Part shown: positions 1 through 13,600 of the stretch, piece by piece | Position numbering within the stretch: position 1 is the stretch's first letter | Layout of the letters: every line of letters begins with the position of its first letter | NCBI GenBank assembly: GCA_010909165.1 | Contig: MU008176.1 | Location: 1,108,856-1,172,855 of the forward strand | Direction of reading: 5' to 3' | DNA length: 64,000 nt | From: Anthoceros angustus | Taxonomy: Eukaryota; Plantae; Anthocerotophyta | Notes under the pieces: model-generated | The model's input: only the letters and a program-made list of their open reading frames with translations | Told to the model about the DNA's origin: nothing | Database searches by the model: none | Program-made: the position numbers and the translations under genes

Positions 1-556
1 TTTGGCCCATGGTCTAGGACATAAATTCATCCTTAGTGGATTCTATGCTTTATTTTCTTCATTGTTAGACCTTTATACGAATACAAATTATACCTACAAG
101 TTATGGTGAATTATAATCTTGCACTTATAATCAAGTGCACCGGCCTGAGTTATCTTAAAGTCAACGGCGAGAGTTGAAGACGCATCATCGACAATCCTCG
201 TTGTACTATGTAGGACCTTTCATTCTCTAGTTTATGTTATAGGTGCCATAAGTGACAAGACGCGGTGTTTCGTGTCTAAAGTCATTTCCTTGTTTCCTTG
301 ACCCTATTCAAACTTCCTAAGGTGTTTTTAAGGTAGATCAGCTGTCCCCATCTACACTTGGTCAGTAAAGTGATACTTTGTATAGCCCTGTATCAAGTAT
401 AGGTAATCCACTTCATAAGCAGTGGATATTGTTTTGTAATAATCGGACGTTGAAATAACATTAATGCGATCTCTTAACGTTTATGAAAATTAGTGAGAAC
501 CCTTATTTGAATCCGTTGTTTTGTGAGAGAACTATCTATTTGGTCTTGGGAGTGCC

Positions 557-716
557 TATTGTAAGAGCCCCATAGCCTACTGTAAGAGCCGTATGAGGCT
601 ATCCTGATGAGATTGTTGTGCAGGACTTTGATGTACACTTTCAAAGTCTATTGTAAGAGCCATATGGGCTACTCCTCATGAGATCCTTGTGCGCGACTTT
701 TATGTACACTTTGAAA
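557..716. repeat. Short degenerate tandem repeats in AT-rich intergenic DNA
   Basis: TA(T/C)TGTAAGAGCC at 557, 578 and 649; GACTTT(G/T)ATGTACACTTT(C/G)AAA at ~623 and ~695. Confidence 0.6.
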
Positions 717-2414
717 TATCTATATTGTCTTAGAATTCACCAAAATAAATTATGCTTTGGAGTTTTTGATGCTTTTTTTCCTGACCTTAGTGTTATGCAT
801 GGTTGTTGTCCATTTAGTCCTAAATTCTATCACGAAGATACAAATGCGCGAGTGAAATTAGTCAGTAGGTGGTAAGAGATTTTGTTTGAAAAAATTTGGA
901 ACCATGTCATTGAATGTTAATACTAATGAGATCAAGCCTTTTCTAGAGGAGGAAATGTGTCAAGCCAAATTGTTAGCTTTTGTATTTATTTGAATTCTTC
1001 CTATGTTAGATTAAGCATGATAGCAGCTTTTAAATAACACTCAACAATACGAGAGTGGAAAATATTGTCATGACTCAAGAGGTCATTGATTTGTGATGTC
1101 TGATTAATAAATTTAAATCTATGAGACCATATCCAGAGAGGCTTATTAGACACTGATTTAAGTATATTAAGTAATAATTTGCAGAGTAAGTTACAAAATT
1201 GAAAGAAACCAATGTGAAGAGAGCTCAATGGAACAAGTTAATTATAATTGATTAGAATGTGAAGCATTCAAAGAAATTTTAATTAATTGGAAAGCGGCTA
1301 TTGAAGACCATAATCTTAATTAGTTTCACATGGACCTTGATTGTTGGCTGCACCGTTAAGAAACAGTTTATAGAATGCTATATGAACAGTTCTTCATTAG
1401 AAATTAGGCATTCTTTTTTAATTTGACTCTAAAGTAATTGTGTTACATTTTGAGTTGTTTTCTAGTGGATTCTGTCTAATCAATTACATAAACAATCACA
1501 AAAGATCATAACATAGAATACATGACTCGATTGATAAGTCGAAGCTTAAGATTTTGCATTATGGATTACAAATGATGAAAATTGTGCATGCGAAATGGCT
1601 GTGAACATAATTCCATGAGTGACGACAATAAAAATGGAAAAAATTTCATTATTATGGGACTTATGTTTAGTGGCAAGGGTTGTGGAGGAGCGCTCCATAG
1701 GGGTTGAGTGCGGAGCTTCGGAGTGGAAGCTTATTGGCGTAGTGTGCCATCCGGCTCGGAGTTCGAGCCCCATCTTAGTCCTCATCGGTTTGGGATTACT
1801 ACTGTTGGGGGCCTGCGAGTGGTGGATTTGGTCAGGCGGTTCTCGAGACCCACCACGATTGGGTTGCTCTTTTGGGGTCGACGTGAGAATGCCTTCAACC
1901 TTTGTGATGGCCATCTTGACGAGCTCAAGAATGCGGTGGTGATTAGCCGGCCTCATTCGCTTTTGTCCGCTCCTTTTATGGTCTCCTTCCAACCTCTATT
2001 ATCAGCATGGCCCCTCGGTGGAAGGTTTACGTCTTGAGCTCGGCGGCAGGCACTTGGCAGTGACCCTGCGAGTGCTCTCTTGCCATGGCGCATTTCGAGC
2101 TTTTGTCTTGGTGCTTCTTCCTGGAATGTTTGTATTTATGCATGGCCAATGCCGATTCTCGGGCACAGAGACAAGGTTAAGGTGGCGTTTGATTTCTTCG
2201 CTTCAGGCTCTCCGCCTCGGCTTGAAGGTCAAAATCATTAAATGCAAGATTTGGTCTCCCTTTGGCGTTGTGCCTTTTCTTTGGTATCCGGAGGGGGATA
2301 TAGCTTTTCCGTTGGGGCTTTGGGTTCTTGGTGTTCGGATTGGGCCTCCTGCCTTCATCCAGGATTATGTGGACGCGGCTTTGACTGAGGATTTGGCGCA
2401 CATCGACGATCTTT

Positions 2415-2680
2415 CCCTACTAGAAAAGGCAGCCTATGTTACACTTTATGTTAAGATTTGGACCCCTGGATGTAACACTTATGTTGCAATTTTGGGGTCA
2501 TGTAACACTTTTGGCGCTTGTTTTGGCTTGGAAACCAACCGGAGTGTTTGTTGCAACCATGTTGCAAGTGTTACAATTTTGTTGAGATGAAGTGAGAGGC
2601 GCTTTTGTCCTCTCTCAAGATTGCAACACGTTGCAACATATAAAGTGTTACAAGAAAAGTCTTGTAACACTTTTGGGCTT
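2415..2680. repeat. Probable CACTA terminal inverted repeat plus subterminal repeat field
   Basis: CCCTACTAGAAAAGG at 2415 resembles the CACTACTAGAAAA consensus with one mismatch. It is followed by many TGTAACAC/GTGTTACA and TGTTGCAA/TTGCAACA motifs in both orientations, downstream of the minus-strand CACTA ORFs. Confidence 0.6.
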
Positions 2681-2999
2681 GATGCGAACCTCCTCCCCAT
2701 CTACCTTCCTCCTTTACTACATTTACCATATAGAATACTTGGTTTCCTTATTACCTCGTATGAATACATATAAATAAATACATGTACATATACGTTTCGT
2801 AGAATCTTGGTATTGGTAATATACGATAATTTCTGTGACATACTTATATTTCATTTTGTATAAAATACGCTCGTCCGATAACGTACATAATTGTACACGT
2901 CCAATACTATACTTTGTATTCATCATTCACGAAAACACACGGATACATACATCCCACATTTCACCCTTGACCTATTTTTGTCTATCGATGTCGCGCAAC

Positions 3000-5900
3000 C
3001 TACCTTCTCTAGCGGGCGTTACGTGCAGCTTGTCCCCATGCCCATCGGCTTCTTGCCATGGCTCGCCCACCCTTCTTATCCTTTGCATTTACTAGTTTGT
3101 CCTTACTGAGTTTGTGCTGCCTGAGCGTTTCTTTGGCTCCATACATGGCCCTCATCATTTCTAATTTCCTACTCCTCATCGTAAGCATGAGAAGGAAACC
3201 TCCTACACCCCATGTTTTGCGATTTTCTTCCTCCCTTCCTCTTGCGTTAAATCAGACCCGACTTTGCCCTTTCCATCGCATCCATCTCCCTTCCGACCCT
3301 CTGCACCCAGCACATACAGCCATGCCCTTGATACATGTCCAGCATACAGTGTGCTGCAACGACCTTCATTGCTTACCTTCCCTTGCATCCGGTTTTCTTA
3401 TGTACCTCTTGCTCGCTCCTTCCATCCTCGTTCTTTCCTGGCGGCCCCGCGCCCAGTCACACGGCCCCCCCTCGATGCCTCCCCGCCTCCTTTCCTCTTT
3501 CGGCCTCCACCTTTGTCACGGTGGCGTAGCCTCCAATGGGGCCCTGTGGAGGTCCATGCTTTCAATCGGATGTGTATGTGCGCAAGTTAGGCACGCCCTC
3601 AATTTTCCGCCTCATCCTCTGCGCCCTTTGTTGTCTTGGTTCGCCATCGCATGTACCCCTTTGCCGTGCCTCTTTCTCCTCGACAATTCCCTCATGGGCT
3701 GCCACGCGCCTTTTGGCCCCACCACGACCATGGCCACGCTTGCGGACCCGGTCCTCTCCTCGATCCGCCACCTCCTCCCACTCCCACCGTTTTGTTCGCA
3801 CGCTGGACCCATGCATGTTCCTTCTTTGGTGACACAATTGCCTCCCCGCTCTGATGCATCCGCTCCAATTCCATCCTCATCTTTCACGGCCCTGTCACTC
3901 CCTCACCCCCAACTCCGTCCACAATGTGCGATTACGCCGTCACTGGCGATGGCGGGCACCTCCCAACACCGCCCTTTACCACGCTGCCCTCTTGACACAC
4001 CCTCCTTTTGTTCGGCCTAGCCACTCTGGTGATACCAAGTCCCTCCCTTCCTCGGCCATGGCGACAGCAGTGGCGGGCACCCCCAATTCGAGTCCGTTAT
4101 GTGTGCCCTCTCCTACATCTCTCACACTCTCTCTTCATTCACACTATCACGGCATGCATGGTCCATCACCATCGGTGATCGTGGTGTCGTCACCACGATG
4201 TCATTGCGTGATAGCCTCCCTCCTGCTTGTTTCCCCTCTCTCCACCATCCCACCTTCATGGTTCATCAAGCCCGCCCCTCCCCTTCCATTCACTGTCAGG
4301 ATGTCTCTCGCTTGATCTCCCCCAATGCAATCTACTCCCTCTGTCCTCCTAGTTATCCCCTCCACATCCACACCACCACCTCGTGCAGCAGCAGTGGAGG
4401 CTCCCCTGTCTTGCATCCTTCGTCTCGGAAACGCCACCAGATCTGGATCCATCTCCAATTCCATGTCGTTCAACAAAATAGTCATTTCCCTTGTTCTCCT
4501 GGCAATAGCCTGAACCTCGGGGGTGTTTTCATGTATTCCATGTCTTACCAGTAGGAACTCCGCACCGCCCTTATCGCGAACCGCCCAGAGGTTGCATGGA
4601 GATCGTCCTCTTGACCTCCATATTCGCCTCCTCTTGATTTGGGTACCTACCATGCTTACTCTCAAACCGAACCACCCATCCAGCGCGCCCTCCCTTTCCC
4701 CAAGGGTTTGGCCCCATCCCACCGTTTTGGCCAGCCTCTCTTTAGCTGCAAGTTCATACTTCGAAGGCTCAAACTTCCCGTTTCTCTTCAGCTCCATCCG
4801 CGCCCAGGCAAGAGCATCTTCCCACTCTTCCTCGTCCACCATGCTCGGCTTCTTCCCCGCTCCTCCCCCCTCCTGGTCCCTTTCCTCTAGTGCTGCTGCC
4901 TTTGCAGCTTCCACACAACGAGAGTTGCGCGTGCGAGTCATCTGCGAGAAGTGTCGGCTTATGCTGGACTTTACCACCAGGTCGGGGAAGGCGTCAGACA
5001 CCGATTTCACTAACCGTGCCTTTTCCCCTCTCGGAACGTCGCGCCATCTTGCCATGTACCCAGTTCATTCACAACCTTTGTCCGGTTTCAGCAGTTCTTG
5101 CCTTGCTCGACCCCAACATCGGATTCCCTTCCCTCCTTTCGTTAACGGCCTAGCCACTCTGAGTCCAAGTCCCTCCCCTCTCGGCCATGGCGAACTTGAT
5201 GTGCAGGCACCCCAATTCAGTCCGTTCGTGGCGTGCCCTCTCCCTACACATCTTCTCACACTCTCTTTCACACTATCACCGGGCATGCATGGTCCATCAC
5301 CATTTGATCGTGGTGTCGTCCACGATGTCATTGCTAAATGATAGCCTCCCTCCTGCACTTGTTTCCCCTCTCACCATCCCACCTTCATGGTTCACCAAGC
5401 CCGCCTCCCTTCCATTCCTTTGGGATGTCTCGCTTTGATCAATCTACTCCCTCTGTCCTCCTAGTTATCCCTCCACATCACACCACCACCTCGTGGTGGG
5501 CTCCCTGTCTTCCATCCTTCGTCTCGGAAGCGCCACGGATCTGGATCCATCTCCAATTCCATGTCATTCAACAAAATAGTCATTTCCCTTGTTCTCCGGC
5601 CTTTGAACCTCGGGGGTGTTTTCATGTATTCCATGTCTTACCCGCTGTAGGAACTCCGGCACAGAACCGCCCTTATCGCGAACCGCCCACAGAGGTTGCA
5701 TGGAGATCGTCCTCTTCAGCCTCCCATATTCTGCCTCCTCTTCGGTTGGGTACCTACCATGCTTACTCTCAAACCGAACCACCCATCCAGCGCGCCCTCC
5801 CTTTCCCCAAGGGTTTGGCCCCATCCCACCGTTTTTGGCCAGCCTCTGTTTAGCTGCAAGTTCATACTTCGAAGGCTCAAACTTTCCGTTTCTCTTCAGC

Positions 5901-7130
5901 TCCATCCGCGCCCAGGCAAGAGCATCTTCCCACTCTTCCTCGTCCACCATGCTCGGCTTCTTCCCCGCTCCTCCCCCCTCCTGGTCCCTTTCCTCTAGTG
6001 CTGCTGCCTTTGCAGCTTCCACACAACGAGTTGCGTCGAGTCATGCGAGAAGTGTCGGCTTATCTGGACTTTACCACCAGGTCGGGAAGGCGTCGACACC
6101 GATTTCACTAATGCCTTCTCCCTCTCGGGCGTCGCGCCATCTTGCCATGTACCATTCACAACCTTTGTCACTTTAGTTTCAGCAGTTCTTATTCGGCAGT
6201 GACCCCGAACAACGAATTCCCTTCCCTCCTTGTCCTTTGTTTTTGCAAGGCCTCCTTGACCATTTCACGCCATGCCTTTTTATCAAGGCATCGCATCATC
6301 GTTGTCCACCTCACAAACCACTCCATCGGCATCCGGTTCACTCCCTCCCGCTTGTCAATTCACCTCCCCCTTGTCGCCATTCCTCATCCGATTCTTGTCG
6401 TCGCCATTCCTCATCCAGTGCTTGTCGTGCGCGACAGCACCCACCACAGGTTGCCGGCCCGTCGCCTCGGTTTGGTCTCGCGATCGCCACCACCTCCCGT
6501 GCTGCCATGGGCTGCCTCCATATGTCCTCCTGCATGAACAGCTGCCAGCATGCCAAGGTGCACCGCAACGTCCGCGAAACAAATTGCATCAACGTGTCTA
6601 CATTTGCGATGAACACGTTCTGCTCAATCTAGTCTCGAACCACCCACCTCATTTGACAGCAAAACATCATCATCCACTTCGTTGAACGACGCAGTGCTCC
6701 AAGTCCGCCTCGGGGCCGGGATGTTCCACGTCTCTATGTCCTCAAATCTGCCATTGGTACCGGCTGCCATTTTCCACTCTCCCCCACAACTCTCGATGTC
6801 CCTTTGTGGGACGAGGTGGCCTGTTCTTGCGCGCGCACAGCTGAGATCGGAGTGGCTAGGTGCCTGGGGTGGATGAGCGAGATAGCCCGATCCGAGCTTG
6901 CCCTCTCATCCTCCCCACCCACCTACGGTTCACGGCGCCGGGCGTGCTCTAGCGTATATACGATGTCTCCAAACTCGTGCTGCGGCCGCCTTCACATCCA
7001 TTGCCCGTTCGGGCACCATCGCCCATGCCAAGGCATTGGCTTGCCCCTTCACGATAGTTGCCAAGCCAACGGTCGCCCTTGGCAGAATTCAAAGCTCGTC
7101 ATATGAAAAGGCTTTGTTGGCAAAGTAGGC
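3000..7130 (-). pseudogene. Remnants of the CACTA second ORF (TnpA/Ptta-like), fragmented and partly duplicated; boundaries approximate
   Basis: ORFs 4201-5055 and 5564-6022 (EEEWEDALAWARMELKRNGKFEPSKYELAAK) lie downstream of Tnp2 in the same orientation. Family assignment is positional, not from a motif search. Confidence 0.5.
4015..6230. repeat. Tandem duplication, ~1.13 kb unit x2, indel-rich
   Basis: GGCCTAGCCACTCTG...CCAAGTCCCTCCC starts at ~4015 and ~5147; the same peptide is encoded twice. Confidence 0.9.
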
Positions 7131-7416
7131 GGCCGTCTGTCATTTATTGTTTCCGCCGGAGATCAACGTCCTCACTATGCACTTCCTGCTTCACCGTAAT
7201 CACTGACGTTTTATATTCTGACAGCATGTAGTATATTGCCCAGATTGGGCGCAGGTCTGGAAGCGCACATCAATGCTTATTGCCGATAATCATCGTCTTC
7301 ATCTGAATACTGCCACTAAAGACAACGTTGTTTTGCAGTGTGACGTTGGTTACTTTGCTCACTTCTCCGGAAAGTTCTGCCCCCTCCCTCGACGTTCCTA
7401 GGCCACCTGCCACGCG

Positions 7417-9638
7417 CTACATGCCTCCGTCCCCTTGCTCCTCATCCCTCCATCCCCTGGCCGGTGTGGGCACGGCGATGGCCCAGCCTATGTTATCATC
7501 CATCGTCTCCGGATGCAGCATGCACTGAGTCACCTGCGAGGGCCACACAAACGGACCATCGATTGAGCGCACTCTGTAGACGCAAACTTTCCCCGTGTTT
7601 ACAATGTCAAATCCGGTGTACGACTTTCGCAGCGATGGCCTTGTCCCTCCTGGCTGACACTCGTACCATCGAACCTTCAACATAATTGGTTGATACTCCT
7701 TCGAGAACAGCAGGCGGACTCTATGTGCCCGTAGAACGGGCGCTCCTCTTCAGCGTCGCCGCCAGCCCCTGTCCCAGTCATGATAAACTTTGCGGACACC
7801 GCACTATCCTTTATACTCGGCGGCGTTTATCGCCTCCACCGCTCGAGGTGGCGCCTTTGTTCCACATGTGGCTATGTGCCACTGCTTGCAACGCAGGGCC
7901 ATCCATGATTGCGGTCACTTCATGGGTCATGCAAGGATGCCCATCCCATGCGTTCATAGCCCTTCTTGCGTATATCCACTGTCTGAAAGTCCGTCGACCT
8001 TCCCGTGCACCGTATGTCCTCACTTCTTCCTCGTACATGTCCAAAAACGGTTGCATCACCTCTGTGTGATACAGCACATATGTGTGCGCCTGTCGTGCCT
8101 CCACGGCATCCATTATGTACGCACGGCCGACACCGGCACCTTCTCCCCCGCCGTTCATGCGGTCCATGCTTCTCCCACGTGGCGTAATAGCGGAGAAATG
8201 TCATGCCGAAATGCAAACTCTCCTCACGCATGTACCCCACCGCTATCTTGGACTCGGGTCTCGTCGCCTTTATCCGCTTCTGGATCCTAAATATCTCTCC
8301 ACCGGTACATCCACCTAGTGTGGCCCGGGCCCGGCCACCTCGTCCACTAAGTGTAGTATGAGGTGGGTTGATATATCAAACATCTTAGGGAAATTGCTTT
8401 TCGAGCACATTACCCTCACTTGCCTCTTTGTGCTTGGATGTCCCGACTCGGTATCGTCCGGCAAATCCACGGTAAGGCGTCCTAGCTTTACAACCGCCTT
8501 GTACACCTCGGCTCTATGCACCCGGAGGATATGGGGAATATGATTTCCAACATAATGTGCAGTCATGGCATTTGTACCAACTTTCCGCTTTCCACCTTAG
8601 CTATGTTGGACCCATAGCACATGGGCGACTGTTTAATGCCCTCAATCACGGTCTTCAAGTCGATTTGGACAAAGCGTCTGGCGCTGTGGTATTGGCCATC
8701 GTCACCTACAGGCCACAACCATCTTTTCCCTCCGCTTGCTTCCATGTCCATGCGCGATGCGATGTCATCTCGCTCTCCCGTCAGCGTGTGCCATATGGCC
8801 TGCATTGTTTTTCCACGTGCATCACATCCTTTGGCGCCCACACAAGCATGTGGCGCCATATGGCCTCTGCATTGTTTTTCCACGTGCATCACATCCTTTG
8901 GCGCCCACACAAGCATGTGGCGCCAATATGGCGGAGACGAACAAGGGCGACATTCGGTTCCAAAGTTGCCCGGCGGACGTCTGCGGTGTCGGCTTCTGCG
9001 TGCCATATCCGTCACAATATCATCGAGCGTTGGCGGCCTCGGTTTGGATCGGAGGTCCGCGATCCATCAAACCAATCCGCATCCTCCCACCGTCCTTTGT
9101 CATTGGTAGCCAAGCGCGATCCGACATAAGCGGGCTTTTCAAATCTACGGAATAGCGAGAATCAAGGTCCGATAATCGACACGCTCGCGTCCCTCTCACT
9201 TGCAATCCAGTCAGGGTCCCCAACCCGGGTAATCGGCAATGATGTGCAGAACCGCTGCGCGTAACCTGAAATGCCTCTTAGGATGGTTTATCGGCATTGA
9301 GAAATCTTCCATGTCCACCCCCCTCCATAACTCTTCGAGTTCATCTACCAGGGGTGCCATGTAGACATCGAAATTTTTAACCATCCCCGGTCCTGGCACA
9401 ATCAGAGGCATGATGACATGTGCGTCCTTTGTGCTGGCCCAGGGTGGCATGTTGTGCACAAATACCAAAACCGGCCATATGGACGTGTTTGCAGACACAA
9501 GCAGGTTGAACCGTCATGGATAATGCTAACCTCAAGTTCCTCGGCTCATCGCCGAAACCATCAAGCGCATCTAGTGCTCTCCATCGGGTATCCGCCATCA
9601 TGGACATGTCCCCATTCTCGCTTTGCCTCCCGACATCT
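7417..9638 (-). pseudogene. CACTA Tnp2 transposase, 3' part (frameshifted)
   Basis: DEPRNLRLAL and WPVLVFVHNMPPW...PGPGMVKNFDVYMAPLVDELEELW (Transposase_21-like); MFDISTHLILHLVDEV..GP..RWMYPVERY (DUF4218-like); DGPFVWPSQVTQC (DUF4216-like). Confidence 0.9.
8790..8930. repeat. ~66 bp tandem duplication inside Tnp2
   Basis: GCCATATGGCCT..CATTGTTTTTCCACGTGCATCACATCCTTTGGCGCCCACACAAGCATGTG occurs twice in direct succession. Confidence 0.9.
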
Positions 9639-10204
9639 TGTGGCGCGGCTTTTTCGGCAACCCGGCCCAGCGCCAATCCGTGTCGTTGTAGTAAGGAGTC
9701 CGTTCCCGAGAGAATGATAAGCTCCGTTTGCGTTTCCGATTCTCACCTTACTTTGCGTCCGCTCAACTTTAACACACGCAATCGTCGTTTCGTCTAACTA
9801 CTCATAACGTTCACGAGCGGGCCGGTGTGGCCAAGCGTTTAAGGACCGTTTGCGTCCGTATCGTTCCCACGTCACTCGTTCCTTTAGTCCGTTCCTCTCA
9901 TCACTCTCGCTCATCAACCTTGGAAAGAGCATGCCGTAGCTACGGTCCGGACCTCCTCCGTTGCTCAGCGGGCCTCTCGTCCAGACTCTGCGCCCTCCGG
10001 AGTTCCTCCGGCTCACACGTTCGGTCAGCTCGGCCGGCCCTGCTGCGGGCGAACACGGGTCCCCGATCGCTCTTCCACACACCACCACGTTAGGGTCGTC
10101 ACGGGACCTTGATCGATCTCTTGGGCCGTGCACCTCGATGACTCGGGACTCACGTTAGCATGAAGACACACAAGGTGCAAGCAGCATCAACACCAAGAAG
10201 ATGA

Positions 10205-10233
10205 TTTATTGAGCGACCTCGGCCCTCTTATAC
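10205..10233 (-). promoter_or_regulatory. LTR TATA box and polyadenylation signal
   Basis: Minus strand GAGTATAAGAGGGCCGAGGTCGCTCAATAAA; same TATAAGAGGG..AATAAA arrangement as at 53606-53634. Confidence 0.65.
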
Positions 10234-10299
10234 TCGCCCAAGTCGGCGTCTTTATTACACCCTATTACGGTGGTGGCGGCTCGATGCATGTCGACGCCT

Positions 10300-13200
10300 A
10301 CCATCCTATTCCTCCCTCCTATCTCCTTCGTCGGTGGGCTGGGAAGGTCACAGGTTCCGTCTCGGTATTGGTGGTCAATCTCCCGTCACGATTGCGGCGC
10401 GCAATCGGATGATCCGCGAGGCGGACCCCTTCCTCTTCCGGAATCACATCGGGTTGGGCTCGTGGCGGTCGGCGGCCGTTACCACAACGTCTTCCCCAGC
10501 CCCGGTGGGTCCCCTCCGGTGAGACCACCGTGTTGCTCCCGGCGTAAGTCGGAGGGACTCCTCCTTGCTTCTGAGTCGGACCTCGGGGTCGGTCTCGACT
10601 CGAGTCTAAACTTGAGTCGCCTTATTCTGAGTCCGGTGCGGGTCGGTCTCATCTGGGGTTCGGACCTCGGGGTCGAACTTATTCAGTCCGGTCCCCAAGC
10701 TCCGGACCCCTTGTCTGCGGACCTCTTCTGCTAGGTCCTCATCCCTACCCACCAGGCCCTTGTCTTGGGTGGGTTGGCTCCTCCTTCCGCGCCTTTCGGG
10801 GCCGCCTCTATCCTCCGGCGGGTTGCGGTGGACTTACCACGAGGTCCGTTGTATTGGCGCGTCTGCTCCTCCTCAGGCTCTTCTCCCCCCGTCGTCTCCA
10901 AGCAGGGGCCACTAGGGTCCCGTCTTTGTCCCCATGCCCTTCATCCCTTGAGCCTTGGGGTCCGTCCATTTGTAGCGGGCGAGGCTTCAATGCCTTAAGG
11001 AGCTCGGCGTGGTAGTAGGCAAAATCCGAGTCAATTCTTTGGATTGCCTCTTCCACATGTGCGGAGCACCGATACTCCTTCGCCATTGGTGCTCGGGAGG
11101 TGGCGTCTTTGTCGGCTTCTTGGACCATCTCCCCGGGTTGTTGGTGGGCGGGCGAATCTCGCGAGGCCACAAGGGCCGCCTCGGTCACCTCACCGCAGCC
11201 TTGTTGCTCACTTTGCTCCGGCTCCGTCGTTTCCGCTCTGCTGACTTACGCCGCCGCGGCGCTCCTTCCGCCTTCCTTAAGCGGACCGGCTTCTTTTGCG
11301 TCCGGTGCTCTCGCTCCCGTTCATCCGGCCTTTAGCTCGCCATCTCCCTCTCAGACGGTGGCAACTCTGCGTTGCGTGCTTCGAGTCCTTCTCCATTTCG
11401 CGACGCCCCGCCTCCTTGTTCCATCGCCTTACCTCCTCCGTCCAGCAGTGGAGCCGCTCTATCTCGTTCGTGATCGTGATCACGCCCGCATTACCATTCC
11501 TCAATGGTAACTTGGGCTGCGACTCGAGTCTCTTTGCGGTCTTCCATCTCCTGCTGTTGCTCCACCTCAGCGAGTCAGGAGATCCTCCATCTCCTTGTCG
11601 CGGGCTTCCTTCTCCTCGGCATGGTGGCCCTTTGCTCCGCCGCCTCCTGCTCCGTCTTGAGTTAGCGGCTATCCTGCCGTCTCCCTCCACGGTTCGATCA
11701 CGCCGATAGTGATCGCGGTCGATCTTAGACTTCGCCTCCTCGCCGCCTTCACAGGCCGCCCGGCTTGGTCGGTCGGGCCGCCTCGGCCAGTCGCGAGCCT
11801 TCTCCCTTGCGCCGGGCCTCCTGCCTCTGCTGCGCTACCCCTCTCACTGCGAGGTCTTGACCAGCGCTTGGGCCTCCTGTGCTTGTTGCTCACCCGGTGA
11901 AGGAATTTAGTCAGTCTGTCGAATGGACGGACTTCCCTTCGGCCTCCGGCGTTTCCCTTCTTGATGCGGCCGAGGCTTGCCTTCCTCCTCGCCTCTGGGC
12001 CGCCTCCAATTGCTCACGGAGGAGCACCATCGCCTCTGGTGGCTTCTACTTCACAGGTCTTCTCGGCTGTCCCGAGACCCCAGCATAAATCCATGGCGGT
12101 GGCAGGACCGCCGTGTCTCTTCCACGGCCGCCACTGGTGAGGCCCCCAAAAAGTCCGTAGTGGGAGCGGGCATCTCACGGTCCGCCAAGGACCTCCATAC
12201 CGTAGTCCGGAGCAAGTCCGGACTGGGTTCTCCGGACCTAATCAGGTCCCTTAGGTCCTGATTGCCGAGGTCCGGAGCTTCACCCTCCTTGGCCCTCTTG
12301 GCCGCCAATTCCTTATTCGCCCTCTTCGTCCTGGGGCTCGGAGGGGGTGAGGGGGTTCGGGAGCTGACCCCCTTGCCTCTCCCGGTCGGCGACAGGACCG
12401 GCTCCGGGTGGGGTTGCTGCCAGTGACCTCCTGCTCCTTGAGCGGCGTCCTTTACGCTCTTCTCACGCCTCTTGACCTCTTGCCACTCCGTGGCGGGGCA
12501 AAACCTGAGCGCAGGAGTCTGCGTTGGCGGTGGCACCGTCTTCCGCCTCTTGATTGCCGGCGAGTTCGTCGGGGCTCCTCTGCTGCCGTTGTGTGTGGGG
12601 TACATGGTCGGGGCCGTCTCTGCTGCCTTTGCTCCGGCGGGGCACCAAGAGGAGGGAAGCGGGGATATCTTCCCACACTTCCCTAGGTGGTGAGGGGTCC
12701 GTTCAGTATGAGTCAGTATCCCTTCGATCGTCCTCCTCCCGGACCCGTTTGGCCCTAGGGGGTCGGGCCTCTACCTCGGGCGCCTTTGCCCGCTCACCTT
12801 CTAGGGGGCCAGCCCTTTCGGGCGCCGCTCTACCTCCCCATCCTTGAGGTCGTAATGTCCCCATACATGGATCGGGTATGGGGATAGTCCGACGGTGGCT
12901 TCTCGCTCCTCGGCTTGTGGGCCTCTGGCTGAACACAGCGAAGATGATCCTTCCCAGTCGCCCTCTTGCCCCAGCGCATGCGGGAACACCAACAAATTAT
13001 CACCAAGGTGATCCACCTTGGTGAGCAAGTTCGATGGACAATGATCGACTCACGCCTCACCCTACATCCGGTGGTCAGGCATCAACCCGGGTTGGTTGTC
13101 CTGCGTTCGGGCTTGACATCGCCGCCCTTGCGCCTCTATCTTTCCCTCGCCTTGAGGGGCTCGGGACTCGCCCCAACCTCCTCCGTTGGGCGGTTGTAAG

Positions 13201-13600
13201 CCGCCCTCGGGACCTCAAGGTCCATCTCACAGGATCCTCCGGAGGTTCTTGGACGAACCTCCTTGTTGGCCGCCAACATCTTCCGGCGAACTCCGGACGG
13301 TGACTTGTCAAGCGTCGAACTGACTGGAACACGTCTAAGTGCCACTCTTGACTAATCCTCCGCCTCCTCCGACCATGGCCCAAAGTCCGGATAGCGCGGG
13401 TTACAATGTTGCGCTCTACCGGGTTCCATGGCTCCCATACCTCCATGACCTTCTTGGGTCCCATCGCCTTCTTCTCCTTTCTTATGTGGCGATTGCGAGA
13501 TCGGCGCTGTCGCCCTCTTGCCGTTCGGCTGCTCCAACCCCAGCGGTGAGCAGATGCTGGCGTTCAAGAGATAGCGCGAGGCGGGTTGCGGGCGCGAGGC
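10300..13600 (-). pseudogene. LTR-borne large ORF (conserved N-terminal domain, low-complexity linker, charged C-terminus), frameshifted; boundaries approximate
   Basis: Fragments DFGPWSEEAED, GRIIFAVFSQ and GLSPYPIHVWGHY align by eye with DFRQWAEEE, DWGTIMYEAY and LSTYLVHLW of the ORF at 62188-63400. Confidence 0.5.

Noticed and set aside
1546-2400. GC-richer island with several 100-190 aa ORFs as a gene
   Set aside because: No recognisable domain or splice pattern in any frame; probably an old retroelement fragment but not assignable by eye.
3058-4020. 320 aa plus-strand ORF and the many other Pro/Ser/Leu-rich plus-strand ORFs at 3-15 kb
   Set aside because: Antisense shadows of purine-rich minus-strand transposon coding sequence, with no recognisable motifs.
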